Shown here: piece by piece, positions 1 through 8,809 of the stretch | Position numbering within the stretch: the stretch's first letter is position 1 | Layout of the letters: every line of letters begins with the position of its first letter | Source: a virus | Reading direction: 5' to 3' (one strand) | DNA length: 64,000 nucleotides | Virus record (IMG/VR): IMGVR_UViG_3300042503_000838 | Span: 32,001 to 96,000 of that record | The notes under the pieces: generated by a model | Seen by the model: the letters and a program-made list of their open reading frames with translations, nothing else | Databases searched by the model: none | What the model was told of the DNA's origin: nothing | Program-made: the position numbers and the translations under genes

Positions 1-517
1 CAGGATCTTCTATTGTTTGACCTTCCACTAGTTGAAGACGTGAGGTGTAGCCATAAGCTGAGCAAGCCTCATCAACCCAGTGAAGGACACAATCAGTATT
101 GCATTCGTAGAAGTTAAGAAGATCTTTGATATAGCACATATCAATATTTACGAAATCAGAACGATCGTAATTAGAAAGAGCTTCAGGAGCGTCGTTGTAG
201 CGATCAATGAACCACTCGACACAGCTATCGTTTACCCAATCAAACGCATCATCAACAATGAACTTGAGAGTGTCGTACTCACACTGCTCATCTTCAGTGA
301 TGCAGAGGTTTCGGTAGATTTCTTTGGCGTTGTCACTAAGGGAGTTCCATCCAGTGAACAAAGCACCAGGATCAAACCTCATTGCGGATATCTTGGAAAG
401 CCTTTCGTAGCCCCTGCTAAATTGTCCGTCGTGATGCTCACTCCAGAACAAATGGTGAGCAGACACGATGTCAAAACGATCAAAGGTTGCAGGGCTCATC
501 ATTGTCGTCGTCATCAT
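1..517 (-). CDS. Podovirus early-region hypothetical protein, 3'-truncated by the window edge (MMTTTMMSPATFDRFDIVSAHHLFWSEHHDG...)
   Basis: Manual translation: stop-free from ATG at 517 to position 1; acidic, phage-like composition. The listed + ORF 80..529 is its in-register antisense shadow. Confidence 0.6.
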   Translation of the reverse strand, partial: MMTTTMMSPATFDRFDIVSAHHLFWSEHHDGQFSRGYERLSKISAMRFDPGALFTGWNSLSDNAKEIYRNLCITEDEQCEYDTLKFIVDDAFDWVNDSCVEWFIDRYNDAPEALSNYDRSDFVNIDMCYIKDLLNFYECNTDCVLHWVDEACSAYGYTSRLQLVEGQTIEDP

Positions 518-619
518 CGGATTCAGTGAAAGGAAAGAGGGAGTCGGAATCGTATTCAAGCTCCCAGCGTGATAGTTGGTCTTCACACCAGGAGTTGAAC
601 AAATAGAACGCTGGGTTGT

Positions 620-739
620 TCACCTAATTAGAACAACACGTTGAGTACCACTGTGAGTTACTGAGCTATCGCTTGCCTCATCGATTGCCATAAAGACCAG
701 AGCACAAACAGCGAGGGTAGACAGGATAAATTCTTTCAT
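620..739 (-). CDS. Small (39 aa) N-terminally hydrophobic early protein MKEFILSTLAVCALVFMAIDEASDSS...
   Basis: Manual translation; its ATG overlaps the TGA of 739..936 (TGATG coupling). Confidence 0.5.
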   Translation of the reverse strand: MKEFILSTLAVCALVFMAIDEASDSSVTHSGTQRVVLIR

Positions 740-936
740 CAGTACAACTGGCTAACGGTGATCTCGTTGCCCTCTGTATCAACACAAAGGAAACCTAAAG
801 CTGCAATGGTGCCTAGAGCGCTAGGAATCAATGTTTTAGTGCCTGTCAAGCGAAGCAGGAGGATGGCTTCCTGACTTACTGGATAGGCTCTCGTAAGGCC
901 GTAGTGGCTCTCAAGTTTAAAAGTAATTGGTTTCAA
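739..936 (-). CDS. Podovirus first early gene, hypothetical
   Basis: ORF track; first ORF after the non-coding terminal region; coupled to the next ORF. Confidence 0.55.
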   Translation of the reverse strand: MKPITFKLESHYGLTRAYPVSQEAILLLRLTGTKTLIPSALGTIAALGFLCVDTEGNEITVSQLY

Positions 937-1117
937 GGTTTGAAAGGAAAAGGGAAAGCAGCAAGCCCTCTCGGCTCGCTTGACGGAACTATAGACCCTG
1001 ATCAGTGCCAGGTAGGGCTAGAGGCTACTGATCCTGTTGTAATCCGTAACAGTCAGTTCAGAGGCCTCTGGAAGGTCCTGCAGCAGGCCTGCAGAAGCTT
1101 TAAGTGGGGATGGTAGT

Positions 1118-1183
1118 GAAGGCTGTCTGAAGGCTGTCTGAAGGCTGTCTGAAGGCTGTCTGAAGGCTCTCAGAGGGCTCTCA
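1118..1183. repeat. Tandem 11-nt repeat GAAGGCTGTCT x4 perfect plus 2 degenerate units, in the putative genome-terminus region
   Basis: Read directly: units at 1118, 1129, 1140, 1151, then GAAGGCTCTCA and GAGGGCTCTCA. Confidence 0.9.
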
Positions 1184-1572
1184 GAGGGCACCTAGATGTG
1201 GCCAAGCGCGCGCGTGTACATGTGATTAGCCAAACTTATCAATCCCCTTAAAACCCTCTAATTGCCTTATCAATTGCCATCGTTATGCCCCCCTATAACG
1301 GCATCGGCATGTGTTTATAGGCCCTTTAAAGGCCCCCAAGGGGGGTTTGGGGCCGGGGCGATACGCTAACTAGGGCTCAAAAATCTGAAGCAAAACCCTT
1401 TCACCCCATCAAAAATAAAAAAGGAGCCCTTTAGGACCCCCTTAAACCTTTTATCTACCTTCAACTTAAAATCGGGGAGACGTTATCGGACGCCTCCTGA
1501 ACCGAACCCTAAGGCCAACACAACTATAAACCCTTCTGAGAGCCCTTTAGGAGCCCCTAAAAAGCCCTCTAA

Positions 1573-1791
1573 TTACTTCTTCGACCTGTTGTAGCTCTTA
1601 CTGACCACTTGAAGGTTTTTAGAGCTGTTATTACGGGGGTTACCGTCTTTGTGATCTACGTCTTTACCGTTAACGTTGTAACCAGCTTTTACAGCTTTAC
1701 GTCGAGCTTTGTTACGGCTTGATCTGTTTTCTCTTTGTTCTGGTTTGGAGTGGTAATTGTCGTATTCCTTACGGTAGTTACGCTTTGTCAT
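1573..1791 (-). CDS. Small HNH-family endonuclease-like protein
   Basis: Motif DVDHKDGNPRNN...NLQVVSKSYNRS after a basic N-terminus. Confidence 0.7.
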   Translation of the reverse strand: MTKRNYRKEYDNYHSKPEQRENRSSRNKARRKAVKAGYNVNGKDVDHKDGNPRNNSSKNLQVVSKSYNRSKK

Positions 1792-2426
1792 AACCAGTCA
1801 AGAGCTTTACCAATAGTAGGCAACTCTTTACAAAAGATTTGTTTAGCTTCGTTAGCTAGTTGCAAGTGTTCTAGTTGAGTCCCATTTTGAGACCGTAGAT
1901 CAATGTAGTGGATCCAGCTTCTGATTGAACCAGCCATATACATCCTGGTTGGAGTAGCTAGGGGAAGAACTTCACGAGCACACTCTTTAGCTACACCACT
2001 GGATACCATCTCTCGGTACAGATCTTGAGCCTCTTCAAACAGCTGACCAATACGCCTGTAATAGATCTGAGTTTTAGCTGTATCTAGATCATCAATACTG
2101 TTCTGCCTGTTTGTCAGGTCTTGTCTTCTGAGGTGAGGAGCTTTGGCATAACCAATAGCTTCTGTATCTGCGTATCGCTGACTAAATTCTTGAAAGCTGA
2201 AAGACCTATGTCGAAGTATTTGAGCAGAGATAGATCTAGTGGTGTTTATCTCCAGGACCATATGAACCATTTCAAAGGGTGACCAATGCTTATGGTTGAT
2301 CAAGTATTTAATAAGTTTTTCTGATCCTTGGTTATTACTTTGATTACTGGGGTTACTGACCCTAGCCATATAGACCACTAGGTCTTCTGCATCAGGTGTG
2401 ACTGTGATCAGCTTTACCCTGTCCAT
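1788..2426 (-). CDS. thyX: FAD-dependent thymidylate synthase ThyX
   Basis: HKHWSPFEM and the ThyX signature RHRSFSFQEFSQRYA; ARxVLP motif. Confidence 0.95.
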   Translation of the reverse strand: MDRVKLITVTPDAEDLVVYMARVSNPSNQSNNQGSEKLIKYLINHKHWSPFEMVHMVLEINTTRSISAQILRHRSFSFQEFSQRYADTEAIGYAKAPHLRRQDLTNRQNSIDDLDTAKTQIYYRRIGQLFEEAQDLYREMVSSGVAKECAREVLPLATPTRMYMAGSIRSWIHYIDLRSQNGTQLEHLQLANEAKQIFCKELPTIGKALDWL

Positions 2427-2799
2427 CGTTAAAGCCCTTGTAACTGGCTTAAGCAGCTTAGGGCTTTAAGCAGCTGTTTAAAGGCTGTCTAACTGGTCTT
2501 AAATGGGTCTTTTTAAAAGGTCTTTAAGAAAGAGGTCTTAAAGAGGTAACAGCTAAAGACCTCTTTTAAAGAAGACTCTTTAAGTACCTCTTTAAATACC
2601 TTTAAAAGGAGTCTAACTACGCTGTCAAGTACCCCTCTCCAAGAGCGTATCTCTTAAAGGGGGGTCTCTTTGCGTATCACCTAGAGGGGCTTTTACCGTA
2701 AACCCTTCTGAGAGGCCCCCAGAAGACTCTCTAAGGCCCCTTTAAGCCGTTTTAGGTGTCAGGGTAGCCAAAGGGCCTTTTAAAGCCTCCTAGAGTCTT

Positions 2800-4557
2800 C
2801 TAGAGGTCCTCTAGCCAATTAGAGGCTCCTGAGGTGGCGTAGAGGGCTTTTTGAAGGTCTTCAAGGGATCTGGCGTATCCAAGAGCATCAATAGAGAGAC
2901 CACCGTCACCTTGGACAAACTTTCGTTCCAGTTCCCACTGTTCTGCTTCCCTAGCAGCGATAGCTTTTTGTTCTGTAACAGCCATCGACTCAGTAAAATA
3001 CTGAACAGCCATTGCTAAGGCGTCTAAGCGGTCGTCATGCCTGATGCTGTTTTTCTCTTTGGTAATCCTTGTCAGCTGGAAAAACAGTTGATATTGGCTT
3101 CTGACTTCGCCTGGGTAGCACTCTGTGGAGGCAATGTCGTTAGTGATTACGTCAGTGTCAACCATGAGCCGGTGTTGGTTAAGGACAGGCTCAAGGGTGT
3201 CGATAATGCGGAGTTCCTTTTGCTTTGTGTGTCGAACCTCTTCAACAGTGCAGGGGTAAATCGTTCCGAGGTATCGCTTAAGAAGCTCGGAGAACATACC
3301 GAGGCCGAGGTTACTTTCAACAAGTATTTGCTTGACCTTGAACTCTTTAGCGATGAGGGCCAGCTTTTTGAGGTTCGGTTCGCTGTAACCACCCCTAAGG
3401 CCACCACTGGAGAGGAGGAACAAATTACCGTTCAAGTAAGCCACTACTGCGTAGCCAAGCTCGTCACTGCCGCGTCCAGAAGGGTCAACGGCCATGACCA
3501 CCCCGGTGTATTCAAGAAATTCATCCCCTATTTGGGCCGGTTTGTAAAACAGATCACCATGAAGACCGACTGAGGGTAGGTCAAGGGCTTTATCGCCGTT
3601 AGCAAGCCACACGACTTTATTAGGGCCGTTTTCACGGTTTAAACGGAACACACAAAGGTCTCTGAGCTTGAGAGGAAACCGCTCCTCATCACTCAGGCTG
3701 ATGTCCAACAGGAACTGCAGGTTGAACGTTGAACGACCGATAGAGAGCTGACGAGCTTCCAGTTCAGCCCAGTCAAAACGTTCAGGGTCTACAGGGTGTC
3801 CAGCGAGGCCTTTATCAGCTTCTAGATCGGCTTGGATCTTGGGTGCTAGACGGTCACCGTAATAGCTTTTAAGCTTTTTACCGGTTGGATACAGAGCAGG
3901 CCAGATCCTTACGTTGTAACCAGAGACCTCAAGCTTTGCGTAAACACTGTCTTGGGTGTGAGGCGTACCAAGAAACACGATCTCACCACCAGGCTTGATC
4001 ACAGAGTCAAACTCTTTAATGGACTCCCGGAGCTTGTCTCGAATCAGTTGAGTTTCACAGGACTGGGGTGTCTCAACGTCGTCAGCAACGATGAGGTCAG
4101 CACGGGAGCCAGTAATTTGACCAAAGATACCGCTGGAACGTACCGAAGGAGACTGGTCTGGTTTTGCGCCGTAAACGTCAAAAGCAACCTTACTAAACCG
4201 TTGCGTGTCGCTAGGGAAAAGGTCTTTGACCATAAACCAGTTGCGTAACAAGTCATGGCAAAACACGGAGAACGCATCAGCACGGTCTTGAGCTGCAGAG
4301 ATCACCAAGACCTTACAGTTTGGATCCCTACGGAGTCTCCAAAGTACGTAACCAGCTGTCAAAAACGACTTACCACAGCCTCGGTAAGCCATGATGATGC
4401 GACGGCTAGGACCGCTTTGTAGAAAGTCAGCTACTTGGTATTGGACCGGTGTTGGGCTAGGAAGCCGTAGGTAATGCCAAAGGTGAGTAGCAAAGATTGG
4501 AAAACTTTCTACCGCTTCCTGAATAATCTGTTCAGTCTGTTTGCTTTGCCGTGCCAT
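2800..4557 (-). CDS. Terminase large subunit, T7 gp19-like
   Basis: Walker A-like AYRGCGKS, GQITGSRADLIVADDVE, LGTPHT, nuclease VDPSGRGSDE and HDDRLDALA. Confidence 0.95.
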   Translation of the reverse strand: MARQSKQTEQIIQEAVESFPIFATHLWHYLRLPSPTPVQYQVADFLQSGPSRRIIMAYRGCGKSFLTAGYVLWRLRRDPNCKVLVISAAQDRADAFSVFCHDLLRNWFMVKDLFPSDTQRFSKVAFDVYGAKPDQSPSVRSSGIFGQITGSRADLIVADDVETPQSCETQLIRDKLRESIKEFDSVIKPGGEIVFLGTPHTQDSVYAKLEVSGYNVRIWPALYPTGKKLKSYYGDRLAPKIQADLEADKGLAGHPVDPERFDWAELEARQLSIGRSTFNLQFLLDISLSDEERFPLKLRDLCVFRLNRENGPNKVVWLANGDKALDLPSVGLHGDLFYKPAQIGDEFLEYTGVVMAVDPSGRGSDELGYAVVAYLNGNLFLLSSGGLRGGYSEPNLKKLALIAKEFKVKQILVESNLGLGMFSELLKRYLGTIYPCTVEEVRHTKQKELRIIDTLEPVLNQHRLMVDTDVITNDIASTECYPGEVRSQYQLFFQLTRITKEKNSIRHDDRLDALAMAVQYFTESMAVTEQKAIAAREAEQWELERKFVQGDGGLSIDALGYARSLEDLQKALYATSGASNWLEDL

Positions 4558-4786
4558 TGCTATGAGCCCACTTAAAAACTTGGCTCAAGTTATTCTGCAG
4601 CAACAGGTTCATCTTTACGTAAGCAATCAAAAGGTCTTGAAGGGTTTCTTTGCTTACGGTAGGTAGGTCACGCTCAATAGCAGCCACACGAAACTGCTGT
4701 TCAAGCGTCAGTTCTACCTTTGGCCAAGGCGGTAGATCTACACCGCTATTGGGTAAGGATTGGTAAATCTCGTCGAATTGATCCAT
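4532..4786 (-). CDS. nblA: NblA-like phycobilisome degradation adaptor
   Basis: ELTLEQQF...S(K)E.LQDLL two-helix pattern matches the NblA LSLEQQF signature; size fits. Confidence 0.65.
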   Translation of the reverse strand: MDQFDEIYQSLPNSGVDLPPWPKVELTLEQQFRVAAIERDLPTVSKETLQDLLIAYVKMNLLLQNNLSQVFKWAHSNGTAKQTD

Positions 4787-5118
4787 TGGAGGATGGTCTG
4801 CTTACGCTCCTCACAGTAGTAAGGTTTGCGCTGATACCACATCATCCAGTGCTCTGAGCCTTTGTTGTGGTTACAACGCTGACAAGCAGGAACTACGTTT
4901 GTTGATACGTCTTGACCTCCACGGGTCTTGGGTTGAACGTGATCAAGAGTGAGTTCTTCGTGATGCTCACCGCAGTAAGCACACCGGTTGCTAAACGCTT
5001 CTTTGATTGACTGTCTCCATTGACGAACGGCTTCTTTACGCTGCAACGCTTGAAGGTTAGCCATAACATCGTCAGGGCTTAAATAGACAAAACCCCCAGC
5101 AGGCGATCTAGTCACCAT
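4738..5118 (-). CDS. HNH endonuclease
   Basis: CAYCG...LTLDHVQP...GG...NVVPACQRCNHNKG. Confidence 0.85.
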   Translation of the reverse strand: MVTRSPAGGFVYLSPDDVMANLQALQRKEAVRQWRQSIKEAFSNRCAYCGEHHEELTLDHVQPKTRGGQDVSTNVVPACQRCNHNKGSEHWMMWYQRKPYYCEERKQTILQWINSTRFTNPYPIAV

Positions 5119-5158
5119 ACCGGGGGCTCTGCTTGGTACATATAGGAAGTTTTAGTTC

Positions 5159-5431
5159 CTAAGCACCAATATAACTGCGAACCTTCTTGATATCGACATC
5201 TGGAAGCGCAGAAATCATTTCAGAAATAGCAGAGACATCACCACCGTTAAGAGCAGTAATACCTTGGTCCTTCAGGAACTTAATAGCGTTAGCAAGGTCA
5301 GAAGCTTTTACGTCGTCACGATTCAGCTGATCGATCAGTTTAGTAGCCACCAAGCGGTGAAGACTAAACAGATCATCATCCGAAGCTAGACCTTCAGTCT
5401 TATTTAGAGACTTTTTTGGCGAGGCTGCCAT
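5159..5431 (-). CDS. Terminase small subunit, T7 gp18-like (likely start MAASPKK at 5431)
   Basis: KASDLANAIKFLKDQGIT motif; lies upstream of T7-type TerL. Confidence 0.7.
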   Translation of the reverse strand: MAASPKKSLNKTEGLASDDDLFSLHRLVATKLIDQLNRDDVKASDLANAIKFLKDQGITALNGGDVSAISEMISALPDVDIKKVRSYIGA

Positions 5432-5564
5432 AAGCAACACGAAATAGTTTCAACCCCAATTGTACGAGGCTGTTTTGCTTCAACTTAGACACACCAATGA
5501 TTTCAGAAGCTGCAAACGCAGCAAGCCACAAAGCAGCTTGAACTTGAGGATCAGAAAAGTCCAT
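5400..5564 (-). CDS. Holin-like small membrane protein (54 aa, MDFSDPQVQAALWLAAFAASEIIG...KKVSK)
   Basis: Manual translation (missed by ORF track); hydrophobic helix, basic C-terminus, immediately after the endolysin. Confidence 0.55.
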   Translation of the reverse strand: MDFSDPQVQAALWLAAFAASEIIGVSKLKQNSLVQLGLKLFRVAYGSLAKKVSK

Positions 5565-5569
5565 AACAT

Positions 5570-6673
5570 TTACCCAGGTTTCTTAATCAAAATAGCCCAG
5601 CCAGATCCTGGGCCTTCTACTAACCACCTTTTGTTCCAGTTCTTTTTGGAATACGCAACACCTTTTCCTCCTGTGTGGTTGATGTAACCACCGTTGACCA
5701 TATTTGCTTCACCGTTTGGATCGTTCTGAATCCAAGCACCTTCTGTGTACCCAATTACTACAGAATAGTGCCCAGAGCCACCAGGATCGCCTACAGGGCC
5801 CTTGTGGAGCCATCCAGCTACTACGGGCCTACCAGCGTCTAACTCGCCTTGTAGAAGCTCCTGGGTGCCTCTCTGAGTGAAGCTCGCATCAAGCCCTAAA
5901 TGCTTAAGAGTTTTGATTTGTGCTTGAGCGTCTGTTGAATCGCCATACCGCTTCCTAATGGCGTTATATTCATCGTCTGTTTTTACCTTGCCGTAAAACT
6001 CAGCCACCATTGCACAGCTACTAGAGAAACACTCTCGATACCCAGTGCCACTTTTGTTGTCGTTTTGGTACTCGTAAGGTACCTTTAGTATTACTTGTTT
6101 TGCTAATACTTTTGATTTATTAGGATTACGACTAACAAGATTAATAAGTTTGTCAGTATAAGCAGGATCTGTTGCGTATCCCTGTTTAGCTAGTTGTTTA
6201 GCTGCTTCTGTTGCACTGGAGGCGTTGTTGACACCTTTATAACTTTTGTAATCTTTGTACCACCGCTCAACGAGGTATGTAACGCACTCTTTAAGAGAAG
6301 AGAAATTAAGAAACCCGTCCCTAACAGAAATAGGTACTCCATTTACATACTCCGTTGTTTCTACGGACTTACCAGAGCCTTTAAGTCCAAAGTAATTATG
6401 AGTCCCCGATGTGTGTTTACCCCAGTTACTTTCCAAGGCCCACTGAGCTGCTACTAGCTCTGGATACTTAGCCCCCGCTTCCCGCGCTAGCTGCTCTACA
6501 CCGTCCCAAGACCCAGTGCTAGGAATGCTGTTCTTAGGACCAGACCGCCACAAATCAGAAAACTTTGCAATGGTCCCTGGAGGAATCTGATCCTGCAGGA
6601 AGTCCAAAGCAAAGTTTTGATGTTCTTGGTTGTTGTAATACTTAACTACGTCACGAAGAGATACGTCTGTCAT
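5570..6673 (-). CDS. Endolysin: GH73 glucosaminidase domain plus C39 peptidase-like domain
   Basis: AAQWALESNWGK, NYFGLKG, GYATDPAY (GH73); ECFSSSCAM, GHYSVVIGY, NDP (C39-like Cys-His-Asp). Confidence 0.85.
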   Translation of the reverse strand: MTDVSLRDVVKYYNNQEHQNFALDFLQDQIPPGTIAKFSDLWRSGPKNSIPSTGSWDGVEQLAREAGAKYPELVAAQWALESNWGKHTSGTHNYFGLKGSGKSVETTEYVNGVPISVRDGFLNFSSLKECVTYLVERWYKDYKSYKGVNNASSATEAAKQLAKQGYATDPAYTDKLINLVSRNPNKSKVLAKQVILKVPYEYQNDNKSGTGYRECFSSSCAMVAEFYGKVKTDDEYNAIRKRYGDSTDAQAQIKTLKHLGLDASFTQRGTQELLQGELDAGRPVVAGWLHKGPVGDPGGSGHYSVVIGYTEGAWIQNDPNGEANMVNGGYINHTGGKGVAYSKKNWNKRWLVEGPGSGWAILIKKPG

Positions 6674-6905
6674 TTAGTAGGATCCGATCTAGTTTTTCGT
6701 CGATGTGTTGGATCCGTTGGTCAATACGGTCCATCATCGGCATTAGCTCGTCCTTTCTAACAAACTCTTTGTGAATCGTCATCTCCACTTGATCAATACG
6801 ACGGTCCAACTCTGAATGCCGTTTGTGAGACCAAGCAAAAGTACCGCCAGCAAGGCTAGCAAGACCAAGAAAAGTGGACAGGATGAAGGAAGGTTCCATA
6901 ATCAA
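6651..6905 (-). CDS. N-terminal TM plus coiled-coil small protein (lysis-associated candidate)
   Basis: Hydrophobic N-terminus followed by heptad-like helix ending IDEKLDRILL. Confidence 0.55.
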   Translation of the reverse strand: MIMEPSFILSTFLGLASLAGGTFAWSHKRHSELDRRIDQVEMTIHKEFVRKDELMPMMDRIDQRIQHIDEKLDRILLNDRRISS

Positions 6906-7120
6906 ACGCCCCTTAACGTGGCTCTAAGTTTCCTGGCATTTTTAATAATCTCTTGACCACGAGGCGTAGTTTTCAAGGCGTTGTTAAGCTTTTTAAGATC
7001 AGCTGCCCTTTCCTCAGGTGACAGATTTGGTTCGTCGTCAACGGGACCAATCAAAAAGCTAGGACCACCAGCAACTTTGGTGTCCCGTTTCTTCATCCCG
7101 TAACCAGATTTACTTTTCAT
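6902..7120 (-). CDS. Hypothetical small basic protein
   Basis: ORF track; coupled overlaps on both sides. Confidence 0.55.
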   Translation of the reverse strand: MKSKSGYGMKKRDTKVAGGPSFLIGPVDDEPNLSPEERAADLKKLNNALKTTPRGQEIIKNARKLRATLRGV

Positions 7121-7209
7121 TTTTTAGGTACGCAATTGGGAACTGTTTTAGTACCCTTCTTTTTGGTACCAACCATTTCGTAACCTTTCCAGCAGGGTCC
7201 TTTAGCCAT
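7117..7209 (-). CDS. 30-aa peptide MAKGPCWKGYEMVGTKKKGTKTVPNCVPKK
   Basis: Manual translation; fills the gap with TAATG and ATGA couplings; PCWKGY...VPNCV pattern recalled from other phages. Confidence 0.6.
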   Translation of the reverse strand: MAKGPCWKGYEMVGTKKKGTKTVPNCVPKK

Positions 7210-7499
7210 TAGGTAACTCCACGAAGTTTGTAACTTTTTGGTTTTCTATTATCAGCTCCAGGCATTTTATCTTTTGTACCTGGGCCAAAACCACGACGAT
7301 TTTCTGGCGTATTCCAGTGGCGACCTCCGTGCCAATTATGTTGAGCGGGAGAAACGTCACGAGGAAGTTCGTTTAATTTGGCGTCTAAAAAAGTACGGTT
7401 TTTACGCGGTACATCGGAATACAGTCGATCTTCTCTAGCAGGTGAAGAGAAAATTTCAAGCAAGCTTTTACGTTTTTGTTTAGGCATAGTCGTGCTCAC
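7209..7499 (-). CDS. Hypothetical basic protein
   Basis: ORF track; coupled in the late small-gene array. Confidence 0.55.
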   Translation of the reverse strand: MSTTMPKQKRKSLLEIFSSPAREDRLYSDVPRKNRTFLDAKLNELPRDVSPAQHNWHGGRHWNTPENRRGFGPGTKDKMPGADNRKPKSYKLRGVT

Positions 7500-7969
7500 T
7501 TCATTTTGGTGTTGTACTTACGACCACGCCAACTAAATTCTTCACGACCAGTTTTACGGGCCATAGAGAACGCATCATCAAAAGAACCTTTGTCAGCTTT
7601 CATTTGCTGATCACGAAGTTCCAATTGACGACGACCTTTGTTCTCTTCATAAAACCGCTTCTTCATTTCTGGAGTCAGTTCAGCCTTAGCCGTAGGGCGA
7701 GGTTTCATAACTTCAGCAGCGATAGCCAAAGGAACAGACAAACGCGACATAGCTCCCCCACCACCGCCACGACCAACACTAGAGGTCCTAGCAGCTCCTG
7801 AAGGGGTCACAGTGCCAGGCATAGAGGCCCTAGGCAGTCGAGCCGTTTGCATAGGCCTTTCACGACCACTAGGGGTTTTTAGACCTCGACCTCGTTGAGT
7901 AGCTCCTTTACCTTCAGGAGCAAAGCGACCAGCGTTACTGCGAGTCTTACCGCCGCGTTTGATTGGCAT
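7496..7969 (-). CDS. Hypothetical basic protein with C-terminal FDDAFSMARK...FSWRGRKYNT motif
   Basis: ORF track; recurring phage motif. Confidence 0.65.
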   Translation of the reverse strand: MPIKRGGKTRSNAGRFAPEGKGATQRGRGLKTPSGRERPMQTARLPRASMPGTVTPSGAARTSSVGRGGGGGAMSRLSVPLAIAAEVMKPRPTAKAELTPEMKKRFYEENKGRRQLELRDQQMKADKGSFDDAFSMARKTGREEFSWRGRKYNTKMK

Positions 7970-7973
7970 AGTC

Positions 7974-8120
7974 TTACTTGGTTTTGTAACCTTTTTTCAT
8001 TTTGCCACCCTTTTGGATTTGCGGTTTACCAGCAGCTTTAGCCTCCTTAGACCACCGCTTAGCAATTACAGGCTCTTGAGAGTACATATAACGCATCTGC
8101 TTTTCAGATTTAAACGGCAT
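7974..8120 (-). CDS. Small basic protein (likely start MPFKSEKQMRYM at 8120)
   Basis: ORF track 7974..8168; MPFKSEKQ.RY is a common phage peptide start. Confidence 0.6.
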   Translation of the reverse strand: MPFKSEKQMRYMYSQEPVIAKRWSKEAKAAGKPQIQKGGKMKKGYKTK

Positions 8121-8218
8121 AGCTAAAGTAAATAACTCTTTAAAAACATAACAACAAAAACAGCCCAAAGATTACTCCAAGGGCTGCAAATAGAATTTAA
8201 AGTTTTTTACGTTTTTAC

Positions 8219-8613
8219 TCAGCTAGAGCAGTCAGAACGAGAAAACACAAATTCAACAGATGGGGTACCGCCAGTAATAGTTACCAAACGACCTCGAACA
8301 GCTCGAAAAGGTACGTTTTGGATGCTAAACGCAGTTGAACCATTGGCAGTAATTGTAGTGTCACCACCAGCAGGCCCAGGCTTTCGCCGGTCGTGGGGTT
8401 GTGATCGAAGCGGGGCTCGTTCGTCGTCGCCGTCTTGATCAGCCCGTCGCTGCCCACGAACGTACCGCTGCTGGCGCGGGTGAAGGTGATGCGAGGATCA
8501 AGAGTTTTTGTACGGGCAAATTGAAGGTCTAAAGAAGAGGTATTAAAAATACCGCCATTTCTGACGGTAGGAAACACGCTCTCCATTAGACGCTTGGGAG
8601 CAATAATTTTCAT
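8219..8613 (-). pseudogene. Out-of-frame fusion of a tail-fibre N-terminus (…DPRITFTRASSG…EPRFDHNPTTGESLGLLV) with the start-less C-terminus of another structural gene (…AGGDTTITANGSTAFSIQNVPFRAVRGRLVTITGGTPSVEFVF…)
   Basis: The first domain stops abruptly at ~8366 where a second frame with no ATG begins; GC content also changes at that point. Confidence 0.65.
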
Positions 8614-8741
8614 TTACCTTGACCGCGATAAACCTTTTTACCCATCTTAAACTTACTGTTTTTACTTTTACCTTGACTGGTTTGCTTAGGTTTTGGTGGC
8701 AGTTTTACTGGTTTGCCGTTAAGAGTTTTACGGTTAGACAT
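8610..8741 (-). CDS. 43-aa basic peptide ending RGQGK
   Basis: Manual translation; ATGA coupling to 8613; homologous to 18925..19050. Confidence 0.7.
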   Translation of the reverse strand: MSNRKTLNGKPVKLPPKPKQTSQGKSKNSKFKMGKKVYRGQGK

Positions 8742-8759
8742 AATCAATTGCTTAAATAG

Positions 8760-8791
8760 AAAAAGGCAACCAGTTTGAAATGACCGGTTGC
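8760..8791 (-). terminator. Intrinsic terminator after the tail-fibre gene
   Basis: GGCAACC/GGTTGCC stem followed on the minus strand by a T-run. Confidence 0.65.
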
Positions 8792-8809
8792 CCGCCTTAG
8801 CAAGCAGGA

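Noticed and set aside
80-529. Plus-strand 149-aa ORF
   Set aside because: In-register antisense shadow of the minus-strand early gene (1..517); the surrounding genes are all on the minus strand.
1118-1183. Possible CRISPR-like array
   Set aside because: 11-nt units are contiguous with no spacers; no cas genes.
940-8800. T7-type phage RNA polymerase promoters
   Set aside because: No repeated 20-23 bp consensus could be identified by eye in this segment.
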